Below the pieces are notes generated by a model, which saw only the letters and a program-made list of their open reading frames with translations, was not told the DNA's origin and did no database searches. A stretch of DNA of 64,000 nt from an uncultured Gammaproteobacteria bacterium. GTDB lineage: Bacteria > Pseudomonadota > Gammaproteobacteria > Steroidobacterales > Steroidobacteraceae. The DNA lies in contig CAWEZY010000004.1 in NCBI GenBank assembly GCA_963813755.1, forward strand, positions 346,565 to 410,564, in the 5' to 3' direction. Numbering within the stretch: the stretch's first letter is position 1; the number at the start of each line of letters is the position of its first letter. A program made the position numbers and the translations under genes. Shown here piece by piece: positions 29,710-39,283 of the stretch.

Positions 29710-30188
29710 TCGCCGCCCGCCGCACCGCGCCGGCGACTTTTTTTTTGGCCTGTGCATTTAGCATAATCTGGGCCGCCGCCGCGCAGGCGAAAACGACCAC
29801 GATCGATGATTCGGGCACGCAGGCGCTCGAACCCGTCGTGAACATGCGCTGGAAGAACGCGACCGCCGCCGCGCTCGGGCGCCGACGACCTGATGGTCGG
29901 CACGACGACGATTCGAGTGCGGCTCAACGTCATGCCCTGGCTCAGGCGCTCGGGGCGGATCTATCTGTCGTTGCCGGCGCAGCAGCCGGGCCCCATCGGC
30001 GCCTCGTGGGTCGCGCAAGGCCGATTCCTCTCGGGACGGGTTCAGTCCGGCAATCGCGTGCTGGTCTATGCGGGCCCCATCACCACGCCCTTCATGGAGG
30101 ACGTGCTCAAGTTTCAGTTCAGGTGAACGGGACGCTGATCCGGCGCCCCTTCCCGGTGAGCTTTCACTTCGAGATGGATGAGGATTGA
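29706..30188 (+). pseudogene. small secreted protein P4 of unknown family (compensating pair of frame changes)
   Basis: ATG overlaps the P3 stop (ATGA). Signal peptide MIAARRTAPATFFLACAFSIIWAAAAQA|KTTTIDDSG.... The middle ~230 nt is protein-like only in another frame (ADDLMVGTTTIRVRLNVMPWLRRSGRIYLSLPAQQPGPIGASWVAQGRFLSGRVQSGNRVLVYAGPITTPFMEDVLKFQF). It then returns to the first frame (VNGTLIRRPFPVSFHFEMDED*). Confidence 0.5.
29738..29746 (+). repeat. T9 homopolymer inside the P4 signal-peptide codons
   Basis: gcgac-ttttttttt-ggcc encodes T-F-F-L. This is an unusually long A/T run for this GC-rich sequence. Confidence 0.9.
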
Positions 30189-30190
30189 TC

Positions 30191-30985
30191 ATGCGACGCA
30201 GTGTCCTGTTTCTGATCTCGTTGATCGGTGTCGCGCTCTCGGCGTCCGTGCAAGGCGCAGGGGTTTGCGGCGCTGGTCTCGCCGCCGCGCTTCGAGCTCG
30301 CCGCGAAACCCGGCAAGACCCTGCGCAGCGTGATCGAGGTGAGCAACCGCTCGACGGCACCCGCCAAGTACCTCGTCCATACCGCAGACTGGACCTTGAC
30401 GCCGGATTTCGGCGTGAATTTCCACGACGATCTGCAGGAGGGCAGCTGCCGCCCCTGGGTCGCGATCGAGCGTCCCGAGGTCGTGGTGCCCGGCGGCGGA
30501 ACCCTGCGCTACCGCTTCGAGGTGACCGTGCCGGCGGATGCGCAGGCCGGTGAATGCCGTTTCGCCGTGATGATCGAAGGCGCCGAACCCTCGATCGCCC
30601 GCAGCAAGGGCCTCAACTTGCCGATCACGGGGCGCATCGGCGTCATCGTCTACGTGGGCATCGGCGACGGTGACGCCGGATCTCGAGATATTGGGTCCCG
30701 AGGTCGTGGCCTTCAATGGCCAGCAGGTGCCGAGCCTGCGCGTGCACAACGGCGGCACCGCTCACGGCCGCATGACCGGATTCCTCGACCGGCACGGACG
30801 CGAAGGGAATCTCCTACGACTTCACGCCCTTGGACTTTCCGATCCTGCCTCACGAAGAGCGTGAGATCTTCTTGACTCCGTCGACGGCCAGCGAAGATCA
30901 CCCGACGCTCACCTTCCCGGTGACGGTGAAGGGCACGCTCGAGTGGGGCCAACACAGGACTGAATTCAATCAGCGCTTTGAATGA
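30191..30985 (+). pseudogene. periplasmic PapD/FimC-like chaperone candidate, >=3 frame disruptions
   Basis: ATG lies 2 nt after the P4 stop. Signal peptide MRRSVLFLISLIGVALSASVQG, then ...FAALVSPPRFELAAKPGKTLRSVIEVSNRSTAPAKYLVHTADWTLTPDFGVNFHDDLQEGSCRPWVAIERPEVVVPGGGTLRYRFEVTVPADAQAGECRFAVMIEG...PITGRIGVIVYVGIGDVTPDLEILGPEVVAFNGQQVPSLRVHNGGTAHGRMTGFLDGTDAKGISYDFTPLDFPILPHEEREIFLTP...TVKGTLEWGQHRTEFNQRFE*. The ~264-aa length, the all-beta two-lobe pattern and the opening VSP.R.EL..PG......I.V.N resemble pilus chaperones (from memory, not searched). Confidence 0.5.
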
Positions 30986-33031
30986 CACCCCGTGCGAAAC
31001 TCGCGCCCCGGCTCGCGCTCGGCCTGTCCGGGCTGGGGGGATTCGCCTGGCTCGGCGCAGCGCAGGCGCAAGCGCGAAGTACCGACCCCGACGGTACCCG
31101 CGAGCGCCGGCACACCGATTGCGGCACCGGCTTATCAGGATCGATACATCGGCGGCGGATCGCTCGCCCCCGACATCTCCGCGGAAGACGGTAATACCAG
31201 CGATAGCACGAGGGTTGGCGCGCTCGGTGCAGATCGACGCGAGTCGCGAGCAGGCTGACCGCTTCCGGGGCCGGTGCGATCCAGCACTTTTCGGAGAACG
31301 GCATCGTCGCCAAGTCGCAATGGGACACCGCCGTCTACGGTGCGTGGTCCCTCGATGCCTCCGCGCGCACCGGAGGCTCCGACAATGCGCTGTCCGGGTC
31401 AGGGTCAGGGCGGCGTGGTCACGCTCCGGCAGCGCGGCATGCCCTTCGACGGCAATTGGCAGGCCGACAATGCCTTGGGCGATCTCAACTCGCCCGACGT
31501 CGGCTTGGCCCGAGTTCAATCGCGATTTTATTTGCCCACCGGACCGATGCAGGGCCTCACCACGGAATGGCGTGGTCCGTCCGACCTGCAGATCGTCGCG
31601 GGCGGCGGAGTGCCCGGCATATACGACGGTATTCTCGTGCCGGATTTTCACACGCTGGGCGGATCCACTGCGACCGCCGGCGCGCAGTGGTCTCCGGCCT
31701 CTCACTGGACGGTCGGCGGACAGTTCATCGAGGCTCACGACGTGAACCTTGCCGTCGGCCCGATAATCGACAACGCATCGCTCCTTTCCTCGAACACCGG
31801 ACTCCTGAGCGCCGCCTGGCAAGACCAGGGTGAGCGCGTTCAGATGAATCTCCTCGACGGCGAAGTCAGCGGCAGATCGAATGCCATTGGCGGTTGGGTC
31901 GACGGCTCGATGACTCAGGGCCGAGTGACGCAGAACGCCGGCCTGTTTCGCATCGACCCTAATGTGACCTGGGGCAACCAGCTGATTTCGAGCGACCTGC
32001 AAGGCGGCTACTACCGGCTCGGCTACCAAAGCCGGCAATGGCTGGCGGATGGCGGTATCGATGAAGTGCGCTCCGTTTCCGGCCTCGGCACCAACACCAC
32101 GTTCCTCACCGGCGAAACTCGCTATCAGATGTTCCGCGACTGGGGGGTCGGAAGCGTCGGCAATCTCAGTCTTGCCGACGGCGGCAACGGTTGGTCGCTG
32201 GAGGGCTATGTCGATCACGTGAATTCCTGGGGCAGCGGCCGCGCGCAGGCCGATTTCGCCGAGACCCCGACCAACAAGGGCACGATGCTGACTCTGGATC
32301 AGACATGGTCGACACCCGCCGGCATCCGGCTCAGCACGTCGGCCTCCGCGGCGCGCCTCACGGGCGCCCCGCTCAACGGCATCGGTCAGGACAGCACGGT
32401 GCTCGGCCTCGCCGTGTATGGCGGCGGTCAGATCACCGCCAAGTTGGAAATCGAGGGCAATGTGCTTTGGGCGACCGTGGTGCAAGGGCGGGCGGCACCG
32501 GCCATATCCGCCAATGTCTCGTTGTCTTATCAGCTCTCCAATAATTGGAAGATCCTCGCCACTTATTACGACAGCCATGTCGGCTCCTGGACGCCGCTCG
32601 CCGTCAACTCGCCTATCGCGCCTCCGGTGGCCGCCACGATTCCGTCGGTCAGCGATCGCGGCATGTTTTTGACCTTCCGCTATCAGCGGGCTTCGGGAAT
32701 GCACTTCGCGCCGCTCGGCGGCGCACCCGGCGCCGGGTCCGGCGCAATATCGGGTATCGTCTATCTCGACGCGAACAGCAACGGACGCCTCGACGCCGCG
32801 GAAGCCGGCGCGCCCAACGTGACGGTGGTGCTGGATGGGCGGTTTTCGGTGCGGACGGACGCCAGCGGCCGATTCAGTTTCCCGGCGGTGGCTTCGGGCC
32901 AACACGTGATTACGGTCGTGCCGGACAACCTTCCGCTTCCATGGGTCCTCGTCAACGACGGCCGAACCGAGCTGGTCGTCACCACCCGGGGCCGCACCGA
33001 CATCAGCATCGGCGCGCAGCGCCCGCGCTAG
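30982..33031 (+). pseudogene. outer-membrane protein (~683 aa) with C-terminal carboxypeptidase-regulatory/SdrD-B-like beta-sandwich; usher-like by position only; >=3 frame disruptions in the first ~130 codons
   Basis: ATG overlaps the chaperone stop (ATGA). Signal peptide MTPRAKLAPRLALGLSGLGGFAWLGAAQAQA. 31274..33031 is one uninterrupted 585-aa segment with a barrel-like alternating pattern (GGYYRLGYQSRQW, WKILATYYDSHVGSW, GMFLTFRYQR). Its C-terminal module reads GIVYLDANSNGRLDAAEAGAPNVTVVLDGRFSVRTDASGRFSFPAVASGQHVITV. Confidence 0.55.
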
Positions 33032-33073
33032 CGCAAGCCCGCGGCCTGCGCCAGGACCAGCGCCGCCCATCGG

Positions 33074-34376
33074 CTATACCGCACGAAGCGCCCTCTCGAG
33101 GTCGGCAACCAGGTCGTCGGGGTCCTCGATGCCCACCGAAATCCGGATCAGCGCATCGGTGATCCCGATGCGGTCGCGGGTTTCCTTGGGCAGGCCGGAA
33201 TGCGTGGTGCTGGCGGGATGGGAAATCAACGTTTCGGTCCCGCCGAGGCTCACCGCCAACTTGATGACCTGTAGCCCATCCAGCAGGCGGAACGCTTCCG
33301 CCTCGCCCCCGTGAACGGTGAAGCCGAAGGTCGAACCCGCGCTGCCGCACTGCCGGTCGAAAACCGCCCGTCGAGGATCGTTCGCGCCCAGAAAGCCAAG
33401 ATAATTCACATCCGCGATCTTCGGGTGGGTACGCAGGTAATTCGCCACCAATGCGGCGTTTTGCGCCGCCTTGTGCATGCGTAAGGACAGGGTCTCCATG
33501 GAGCGCATGATCATCCACGCGGTGTTCGGATCCAATTGAGTGCCGAGAGCGCCTCGCAAGCGCTTGATCGGGCCGACCACATCGCGCCCGCCGACTACTC
33601 CGCCCGCCACCAGATCCGAATGACCGCCGACGTACTTGGTCAGCGAGTACATTACCGAGGTCCGCGCCGTGAGCGAGCGGACGCTGAAAGACGGGGCCGA
33701 GAAAGGTGTTGTCGACCAGTACCGGGGGGCGACCGCCCCACTGGCGGGTGCCGATTTGCTCCGAGATCTCGCGCATCAACGCGAGATCGACCAGCGAGTT
33801 GGTCGGATTCGCCGGTGTCTCGGTCATCATCAAACAGATCCGGCCTTCGGTCTCCGCTGCCCGCGCGGATGCGAGTTCGGCGGCTTGCGTCACCGCGACC
33901 CGATCGTAGCCCTGCGTGAAACTCACGGCACTGACACCGAAAGCCGGCAGAGTTTTTTCGATCAACGTCTCGGTGCCGCCATACAGCGGCTGACTCATCA
34001 AAATCACATCGCCCGGGCGCACGTAGTGCCACAGCGCTGTCGAGATGGCCGCCATGCCGCTCGAGAACACCGCGGCGGTCTCGCCCTGCTCCCACAGCGC
34101 CAGCCTATCCTCGAGCACCTCCAGGTTCGGATTATTGAATCGCGAATAGATCAAGCCGCTCGACTGGCCCGCCCTCGGCTCGCGGCGGCCGGAGGTAAAG
34201 TCGAAGAAATCCTTGCCGTCTTGCGCGGTCTTGAAAACAAAGGTCGAGGTCAAGAATATCGGCGGCTTGAGCGAACCCTCCGACAACGAAGGGTCGTAGC
34301 CGTAGCCCATCATCTGGGTCTCCGGCTTGAGCACGTGGTCGCCGATTTTGCGTTTATGATAAGCGTCGTAGCTCAC
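33074..34376 (-). pseudogene. Cys/Met-metabolism PLP-dependent enzyme (cystathionine gamma-synthase / O-acylhomoserine sulfhydrylase family), one frame disruption
   Basis: The N-terminal part comes from ORF 33003..34376 (MSYDAYHKRKIGDHVLKPETQMMGYGYDPSLSEGSLKPPIFLTSTFVF...YSRFNNPNLEVLEDRLALWEQGE...). The C-terminal part comes from ORF 33074..33652 (YSLTKYVGGHSDLVAGGVVG PLP-Lys region ...LAVSLGGTETLISHPASTTHS...IRISVGIEDPDDLVADLERAL). Frame change near 33655. Confidence 0.8.
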
Positions 34377-34479
34377 GTTGCCGCCCCCATCAATTATCTA
34401 CGGTGGCGCAATATAACCCGGCGGCGGCGCGCCGTGGGAATTCGCGCCTTGCGAGGTATGCCTTGGGAATGTCTGGACC

Positions 34480-35184
34480 GTGTTACTCATAGTCATCGCC
34501 GCCGGGGCGTTCGCGAGCACGCTGCTCGGCGGATTGCTCGCGCTCAAGCTCCGCGACAAGCTGCATCTGATACTCGGGTTCAGCGCCGGTGCGGTCATCG
34601 GCGTCGCCTTCTTCGATCTGCTGCCCGAAGCGGTCAATTTCGGCGTCAATTTTCATAGCCCGAGCGTGATTCTCTCCTGGACCGCCCTCGGCTTTCTGTT
34701 CTATCTGTTGGTGGATCGGATGCTGTTGATTCACGGCGCTGGCGCATCCGCGCCGCGCGGCAGCGTGGCCGCGGGCGTGCTGTGCTGCCACAGCTTGCTG
34801 GACGGAGTCGCCATCGGGCTGGCGTTCCAGGCCTCGCGCGCCATCGGCATCGTGGTCGCAATCGCGGTGTTGACCCACGATTTTTCGGACGGAATCAACA
34901 CCACGAACATGGTTTTGAAGAATCACGGCGATCGATCCACGGCACGGCGCTGGTTGCTGCTGGATGCCGTGGCGCCCACCCTGGGGATCGCCGCCACGCG
35001 AATGCTCGCCGTACGCGGCGACGGGCTCGGCCTTGCGCTCGCGCTGTTCGCCGGATTTTTCCTGTATATCGGGGCGAGCGATCTGATCCCCGAGAGCTAC
35101 CACTCTCATCCGAAATTTCTCACCACCGCCATGACCCTATTGGGCGCGGCGGTTCTGTTTTTGGCCGTCGCCTTCATCGCTTGA
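34480..35184 (+). CDS. ZIP-family metal (zinc/iron) permease
   Basis: 234 aa and polytopic, with ZIP motifs (GFSAGAVIGVAFFDLLPEA; HSLLDGVAIG; LTHDFSDGINT). Confidence 0.85.
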   Translation: MLLIVIAAGAFASTLLGGLLALKLRDKLHLILGFSAGAVIGVAFFDLLPEAVNFGVNFHSPSVILSWTALGFLFYLLVDRMLLIHGAGASAPRGSVAAGVLCCHSLLDGVAIGLAFQASRAIGIVVAIAVLTHDFSDGINTTNMVLKNHGDRSTARRWLLLDAVAPTLGIAATRMLAVRGDGLGLALALFAGFFLYIGASDLIPESYHSHPKFLTTAMTLLGAAVLFLAVAFIA

Positions 35185-35362
35185 CCCGGCTCGGGGCCGC
35201 GATTTCCAGCGCCGCCGCAATGCCGGGCGCTATCCGGTCCAGCGACAGATAGAAGACAGAATGCTCGCCATGGCGATGATCAGCGCGCGCGACCGGCAGC
35301 GCAATCGATTGAGAGTTGAAGGATGAACGCAGCGTCACAATAATTCCAGGATCGCCGGGTGC

Positions 35363-36094
35363 GTGAGGTTACCATTGCGCGGGCGCGCCGGTGCGCGGCA
35401 AAAGGAGAGCTTGAGCTTGCCAGTCCCCTGTGTTCGTTCAAACCCTGCCATCGCGAGGCGCGCGGCTGACGTACCCAAGCGCGCGGCCCGCAGCCCGCGG
35501 ATCGCGCTACCTCCTCTCGAGCGGGCCCGCGTGCCGCGGGACACGGTGGCGCTCGCCCGCTTTCTGCTCGGTAAAATGCTGGTGCGGCAGATGGCCTGGG
35601 GCATCGCTACGGGGCGCATCGTGGAAACCGAGGCGTATCTCGAGGCCGATCCCGCCTGTCACGCGTTTCGCGGCATGACCCGGCGCAACCGGTCGCTGTT
35701 CCTCGATGTGGGACACGCCTACGTGTATCTGTGCTACGGCACCTCGTATCTGCTCAACGTGTCGAGCGAAGAGGCCGGCACCGGCGCCGGCGTGCTGCTG
35801 CGCGCGCTGGAGCCGCTCGCAGGCTTCGAGCATTTGAGGCGCGCCCGCGCGGGCCGCCGGCGCGATCTCGCCCGAGGCCCCGGGCGGTTGACGGCCGCGC
35901 TTCAAGTCGATCGGCGGCTCGACGGGATCGACCTCTTCGCCCGCGGCCCCTTGTGGATAGGCAGCGACGGCACCGAGATCGAGTCGATCGGCGAAAGCGT
36001 GCGCATCGGTGTCAGCAAGGCTGCCGACGCGCGCTTGCGCTTCTTCGTGGCCGGCAGCGACTATCTCAGCGGCGCACGGCGGCTCAATGTTTAG
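35363..36094 (+). CDS. DNA-3-methyladenine glycosylase (Mpg/AAG family); true start probably downstream of the listed Met
   Basis: Reads ...TVALARFLLGKMLVRQ...GRIVETEAYLEADPACHAFRGMTRRNRSLFLDVGHAYVYLCYGTSYLLNVS...GAGVLLRALEP...GPGRLTAAL. The first ~60 listed residues are Arg/Ala-rich and doubtful. Confidence 0.8.
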   Translation: MRLPLRGRAGARQKESLSLPVPCVRSNPAIARRAADVPKRAARSPRIALPPLERARVPRDTVALARFLLGKMLVRQMAWGIATGRIVETEAYLEADPACHAFRGMTRRNRSLFLDVGHAYVYLCYGTSYLLNVSSEEAGTGAGVLLRALEPLAGFEHLRRARAGRRRDLARGPGRLTAALQVDRRLDGIDLFARGPLWIGSDGTEIESIGESVRIGVSKAADARLRFFVAGSDYLSGARRLNV

Positions 36095-37027
36095 CCCGAT
36101 CGCGGAATTCCTCGGCCGGCGGCCGCTTGCTGGTGTTGGACGGCGCGCTCGCCACGGAACTCGAGCGTCGAGGCGCGGATCTTTTGGATCCGCTCTGGTC
36201 CGCGAAATATCTGCTCGAACAGCCGCAGATGATTCGCGCGGTGCATCTTGACTACTTCAGGGCCGGAGCCGACGTCGCGACCACGGCGACTTACCAGGCG
36301 ACCTTCGAAGGCTTTGCCCGTCGCGGCGTCGCGCATGACGAGGCGGCGCAATTGATGCGCGATGCCGTGGCGCTCGCCGCCGCCGCGCGCGATGAGTTTT
36401 GGTCCGCGCCTGAGAGTCGGGCGGATCGGTTGCGGCCGCTCATCGCGGCGTCCGTCGGGCCCTACGGCGCGATGCTGGGGGACGGCGCTGAATACCGCGG
36501 ACACTACGCCGTGAGCGATCAAGCGCTCGCGGCATTCCACCGGCCGCGGCTCGAAGTGCTGGCTAGATCCGGCGCTGATCTTCTGGCATGCGAAACCCTA
36601 CCCTGTCTGCGCGAGGCGCTGGTCTTGGCGCGTCTGCTGGCGGATTTTCCCTCGATCACGGCATGGATCAGCTTTTCCTGCCGGGACGGCGCCCACAACT
36701 GCGAGGGCGACGAGATCGAGCGTTGCGCCGCCGCGCTGCAGGAGTGCTCTCAGATGGCCGCCGTCGGCGTGAATTGCACTGCGCCCGAATATGTCGCCGA
36801 TCTGCTGCGGCACATGCGCGAGCGCACCGATAAGCCGCTGCTCGCCTATCCGAATTCCGGTGAGCGATACGAAGCGCTCACCAAGCGCTGGAGCAGGATC
36901 GCAGAACGCGACGCCGTTCGCCGACATGGCCCGCCTCTGGTATCAAGCGGGCGCTCGGCTGATCGGGGGCTGCTGCCGCACGACGCCCGAGGATATCCGC
37001 GCGATCGGCGAATGGCGCGGCGCCTAG
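36087..37027 (+). pseudogene. mmuM: homocysteine S-methyltransferase, two frame disruptions
   Basis: ATG 36087 overlaps the mpg end. Reads MFSPIAEFLG..LLVLDGALATELERRGADLLDPLWSAKYLLEQPQMIRAVHLDYFRAGADVATTATYQAT...LLACETLPCL...[12 protein letters not shown]...LLAYPNSGE, then after a frame change ...[18 protein letters not shown]. Changes near 36115 and 36890. Confidence 0.8.
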
Positions 37028-37053
37028 CGCAGCGCGCACAGTCCTCGGCGCGC

Positions 37054-37848
37054 TCAGTGCTCGGAAAAATGCGGCTCCCGCTTCTCGAAGAAGGCGCGCA
37101 CCCCTTCCACGCAGTCATGATTCTCGAGGGTCATTTCCTGGGCGCTGCGTTCCGCGCGTAGCTGCTCCTGCAGCGAATGATCGAAGGTCGAGGCGTGCAA
37201 CGCGCGAATCTGGGCAAGCACCGCACACGGCCCGGTCGCGAGCCGGTGCGCCACCTCCTGCGCGCGCGGCAACACCTCGGCATCCGCAACCACCGAATAC
37301 GCCAGACCCCACTCATGCGCGTTTTTGGCGGGGATTTTTTCCGCCAGCATCAGCGCGGCCAACGAGCGTCCGCCGCCGATTCGGCGCGCCAGATGGAAGG
37401 TGATGCCGGCGTCGGGCACCAGACCGAGGCGGGCGAAGGACGGGCAAAAGTATGCGCTTTCGCCGACCACGATGATGTCGCTCGCGAGCGCGAGGCTCAT
37501 GCCGGCGCCGACCGCCGCGCCGTTGACGGCCGCGACGATCGGATAGCGAAAGCCGCTGAGCCGCAAGATCAAGGGGTCCATGAAGCGGCGCATCTCAAAA
37601 TGCGCGCGCTGCCGCGCCTGCTCGGTCTTCAAATCGATCGAATGCAAATCCAGGCCGCTGCAAAAAACGGCGTCGCTGCCGGTGATCACGACCGCCCGTG
37701 CGCCGCTGTCGCCTTTTTGTATTTGATCGAGTGCGGCATGTATCGCGCGGATGATGGTGATATCGATCGCGTTGCTGACCGCAGGGCGTTGGATGCTCAA
37801 GCTCGCCACGCCCTCCGACACCGTGAAGGATAATGAACTCATGCGCAC
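37054..37848 (-). CDS. enoyl-CoA hydratase/isomerase (crotonase) family protein
   Basis: 264 aa: ...ASLSIQRPAVSNAIDITIIRAIHAAL...ARAVVITGSDAVFCSGLDL...YPIVAAVNGAAVGAGMSLALASDI.... Confidence 0.8.
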   Translation of the reverse strand: MRMSSLSFTVSEGVASLSIQRPAVSNAIDITIIRAIHAALDQIQKGDSGARAVVITGSDAVFCSGLDLHSIDLKTEQARQRAHFEMRRFMDPLILRLSGFRYPIVAAVNGAAVGAGMSLALASDIIVVGESAYFCPSFARLGLVPDAGITFHLARRIGGGRSLAALMLAEKIPAKNAHEWGLAYSVVADAEVLPRAQEVAHRLATGPCAVLAQIRALHASTFDHSLQEQLRAERSAQEMTLENHDCVEGVRAFFEKREPHFSEH

Positions 37849-37965
37849 CCCCTAAAGTCAGGCACTCCGGCCGGCACAGCGATCATGCCCCCCGTCCGGC
37901 ACCGCCGCAACAGGAGCGCGGCAAGCCCGCGCCCTGGTCAAATTGCCGGAGTTACACGCGGCGCG

Positions 37966-39165
37966 TCAGGGTTTATTGCCCTCTTTGTTGTTTTCGTTCT
38001 CATTCCTTTTCTCGGCCGGCGGCTTCGGATGAGCGGGGTTCGGCGGCAGCGGCTTGGCCGCCGGCACCGGTGCGGGCGCCGCCGCCGGGTGTGCGGTCCC
38101 GCCGGTGGCCGGGTAACCTGCCGGCGCCTGAGCGGGCGCGCCGGGCGGATGCCCGTATGCGCCGGCTGCCGGGTGCACGTTCTCGTAAGCCGGCTGATGA
38201 CGGGCTCCCGGTGTGGCATAGGCGGGTTGGGCGTTGCCATGAGCGCCGTACGCGAGAGGCACGGGGGCCGCCACTCGCGGCGGCGCGCCCCTCGCGCCCA
38301 CCACGCCGGGCGCGTTAAATACCGCCGGCCTTAGTGTCGCCGCGATCGGCGGATGGCCGCCGTTCGCTCTGGCGGCGAGCTGCGGATTCCTAACGGCCTC
38401 CTGCACGTGCTGGTGCTGAATCGGGGTGGGCGCCACATGGGGCTCCTGCATGGCCACGCGTTCATGCGGCGTCGGCTGCACGCGCACGCCGCCCGCACCG
38501 CCGTTGTAGCTCACCCGGTTGACGGTGGTGTTGTTCACCGTCGTATTGTTGACGACGGTGTTGTTCACATAGGTGTTGTGCACGACCGTCGTGTTGACGT
38601 TGACGACGGCGGTATTGTAGGCGAACCGATTGCCGGCCCAGTGCCCGCCGACATATCCGGAACCGGCATAGCCGTAGCCATAATTCACGCCCCCATAAAA
38701 GCCGACGTGCGGGCCCCAATAGCCGGCATGAAACGCATAGAATCCGCCAACGAAGCCCCAGTAGCCCGGTGTCCACAGGAGCCCGACTCGCGGCGGCGCA
38801 ACCCAGGTACCGGGTACCCAGTAATAGCCCCCGTTGGCGTAGGCCCAATAGCCCGGTGTCCACAGATATCCCTCCTCGGGACAGGGGGGCTGCACGTATT
38901 CCGGCAGCGGCGGCGGCGGTTGCGGGGCCTGCATCTCGACCGTCACAGCCGGCTCCGCATATCCGGGCTGCGGCTCCCCGTAGGCGGGCTGCGGCTCCCC
39001 GTAGGCGGGCTGCGGCGGCGGCGCATAGGCGGGAGGCGGCGGCTCGTAGACGCGAGGCGCCGGAGCCGGTGCGACTACGCAGCCGCCGAGCAGGGCCGCG
39101 GCGGACATCGATAGGCAAATGAGGTGTCGAACGTTCACGCTGGTTGACTCCGGTAATCTTGACAT
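37966..39165 (-). CDS. YXWGXW-repeat lipoprotein with Pro-rich and Asn/Thr/Val-rich repeat regions
   Basis: From the internal Met of ORF 37966..39423: MSRLPESTSVNVRHLICLSMSAAALLGGC (lipobox LGGC). Then a PAYGEPQ repeat, YLWTPGYWAYANGGYYWVPGTWVAPPRVGLLWTPGYWGF (YxWxxGxW units), NTTVVHNTYVNNTVVNNTTVNNTTVNRV, and a long Ala/Pro/His tail ending KRNENENNKEGNKP. Confidence 0.7.
   Translation of the reverse strand: MSRLPESTSVNVRHLICLSMSAAALLGGCVVAPAPAPRVYEPPPPAYAPPPQPAYGEPQPAYGEPQPGYAEPAVTVEMQAPQPPPPLPEYVQPPCPEEGYLWTPGYWAYANGGYYWVPGTWVAPPRVGLLWTPGYWGFVGGFYAFHAGYWGPHVGFYGGVNYGYGYAGSGYVGGHWAGNRFAYNTAVVNVNTTVVHNTYVNNTVVNNTTVNNTTVNRVSYNGGAGGVRVQPTPHERVAMQEPHVAPTPIQHQHVQEAVRNPQLAARANGGHPPIAATLRPAVFNAPGVVGARGAPPRVAAPVPLAYGAHGNAQPAYATPGARHQPAYENVHPAAGAYGHPPGAPAQAPAGYPATGGTAHPAAAPAPVPAAKPLPPNPAHPKPPAEKRNENENNKEGNKP
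38965..39016 (-). repeat. 21-nt tandem repeat x2.5 (encodes PAYGEPQ units)
   Basis: gggctgcggctccccgtaggc occurs at 38965-38985 and 38986-39006, with a partial third copy to 39016. Confidence 0.9.
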
Positions 39166-39283
39166 GTTGACCGCCATGGTGAGGTTGTATGCCGCAGCAT
39201 AGGTTAAATGCGCCGCTCCTGGCCTATATAACGTCACACTTTCGCGATGGACCAGTTCCGTGAAGGAAATGTAACGCAACGGC

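Noticed and set aside
30713-33070. Very long antisense ORFs opposite real genes (785 aa at 30713..33070; also 649 aa at 10364..12313, 545 aa at 19443..21080, 614 aa at 44252..46096, 430 aa at 55072..56364).
   Set aside because: Their translations are Arg/Ala/Gly/His-rich with no motifs, and they mirror strongly supported genes on the other strand or in another frame. These are typical shadow ORFs of GC-rich DNA. Parts of 10364..12313 are in fact purL fragments.
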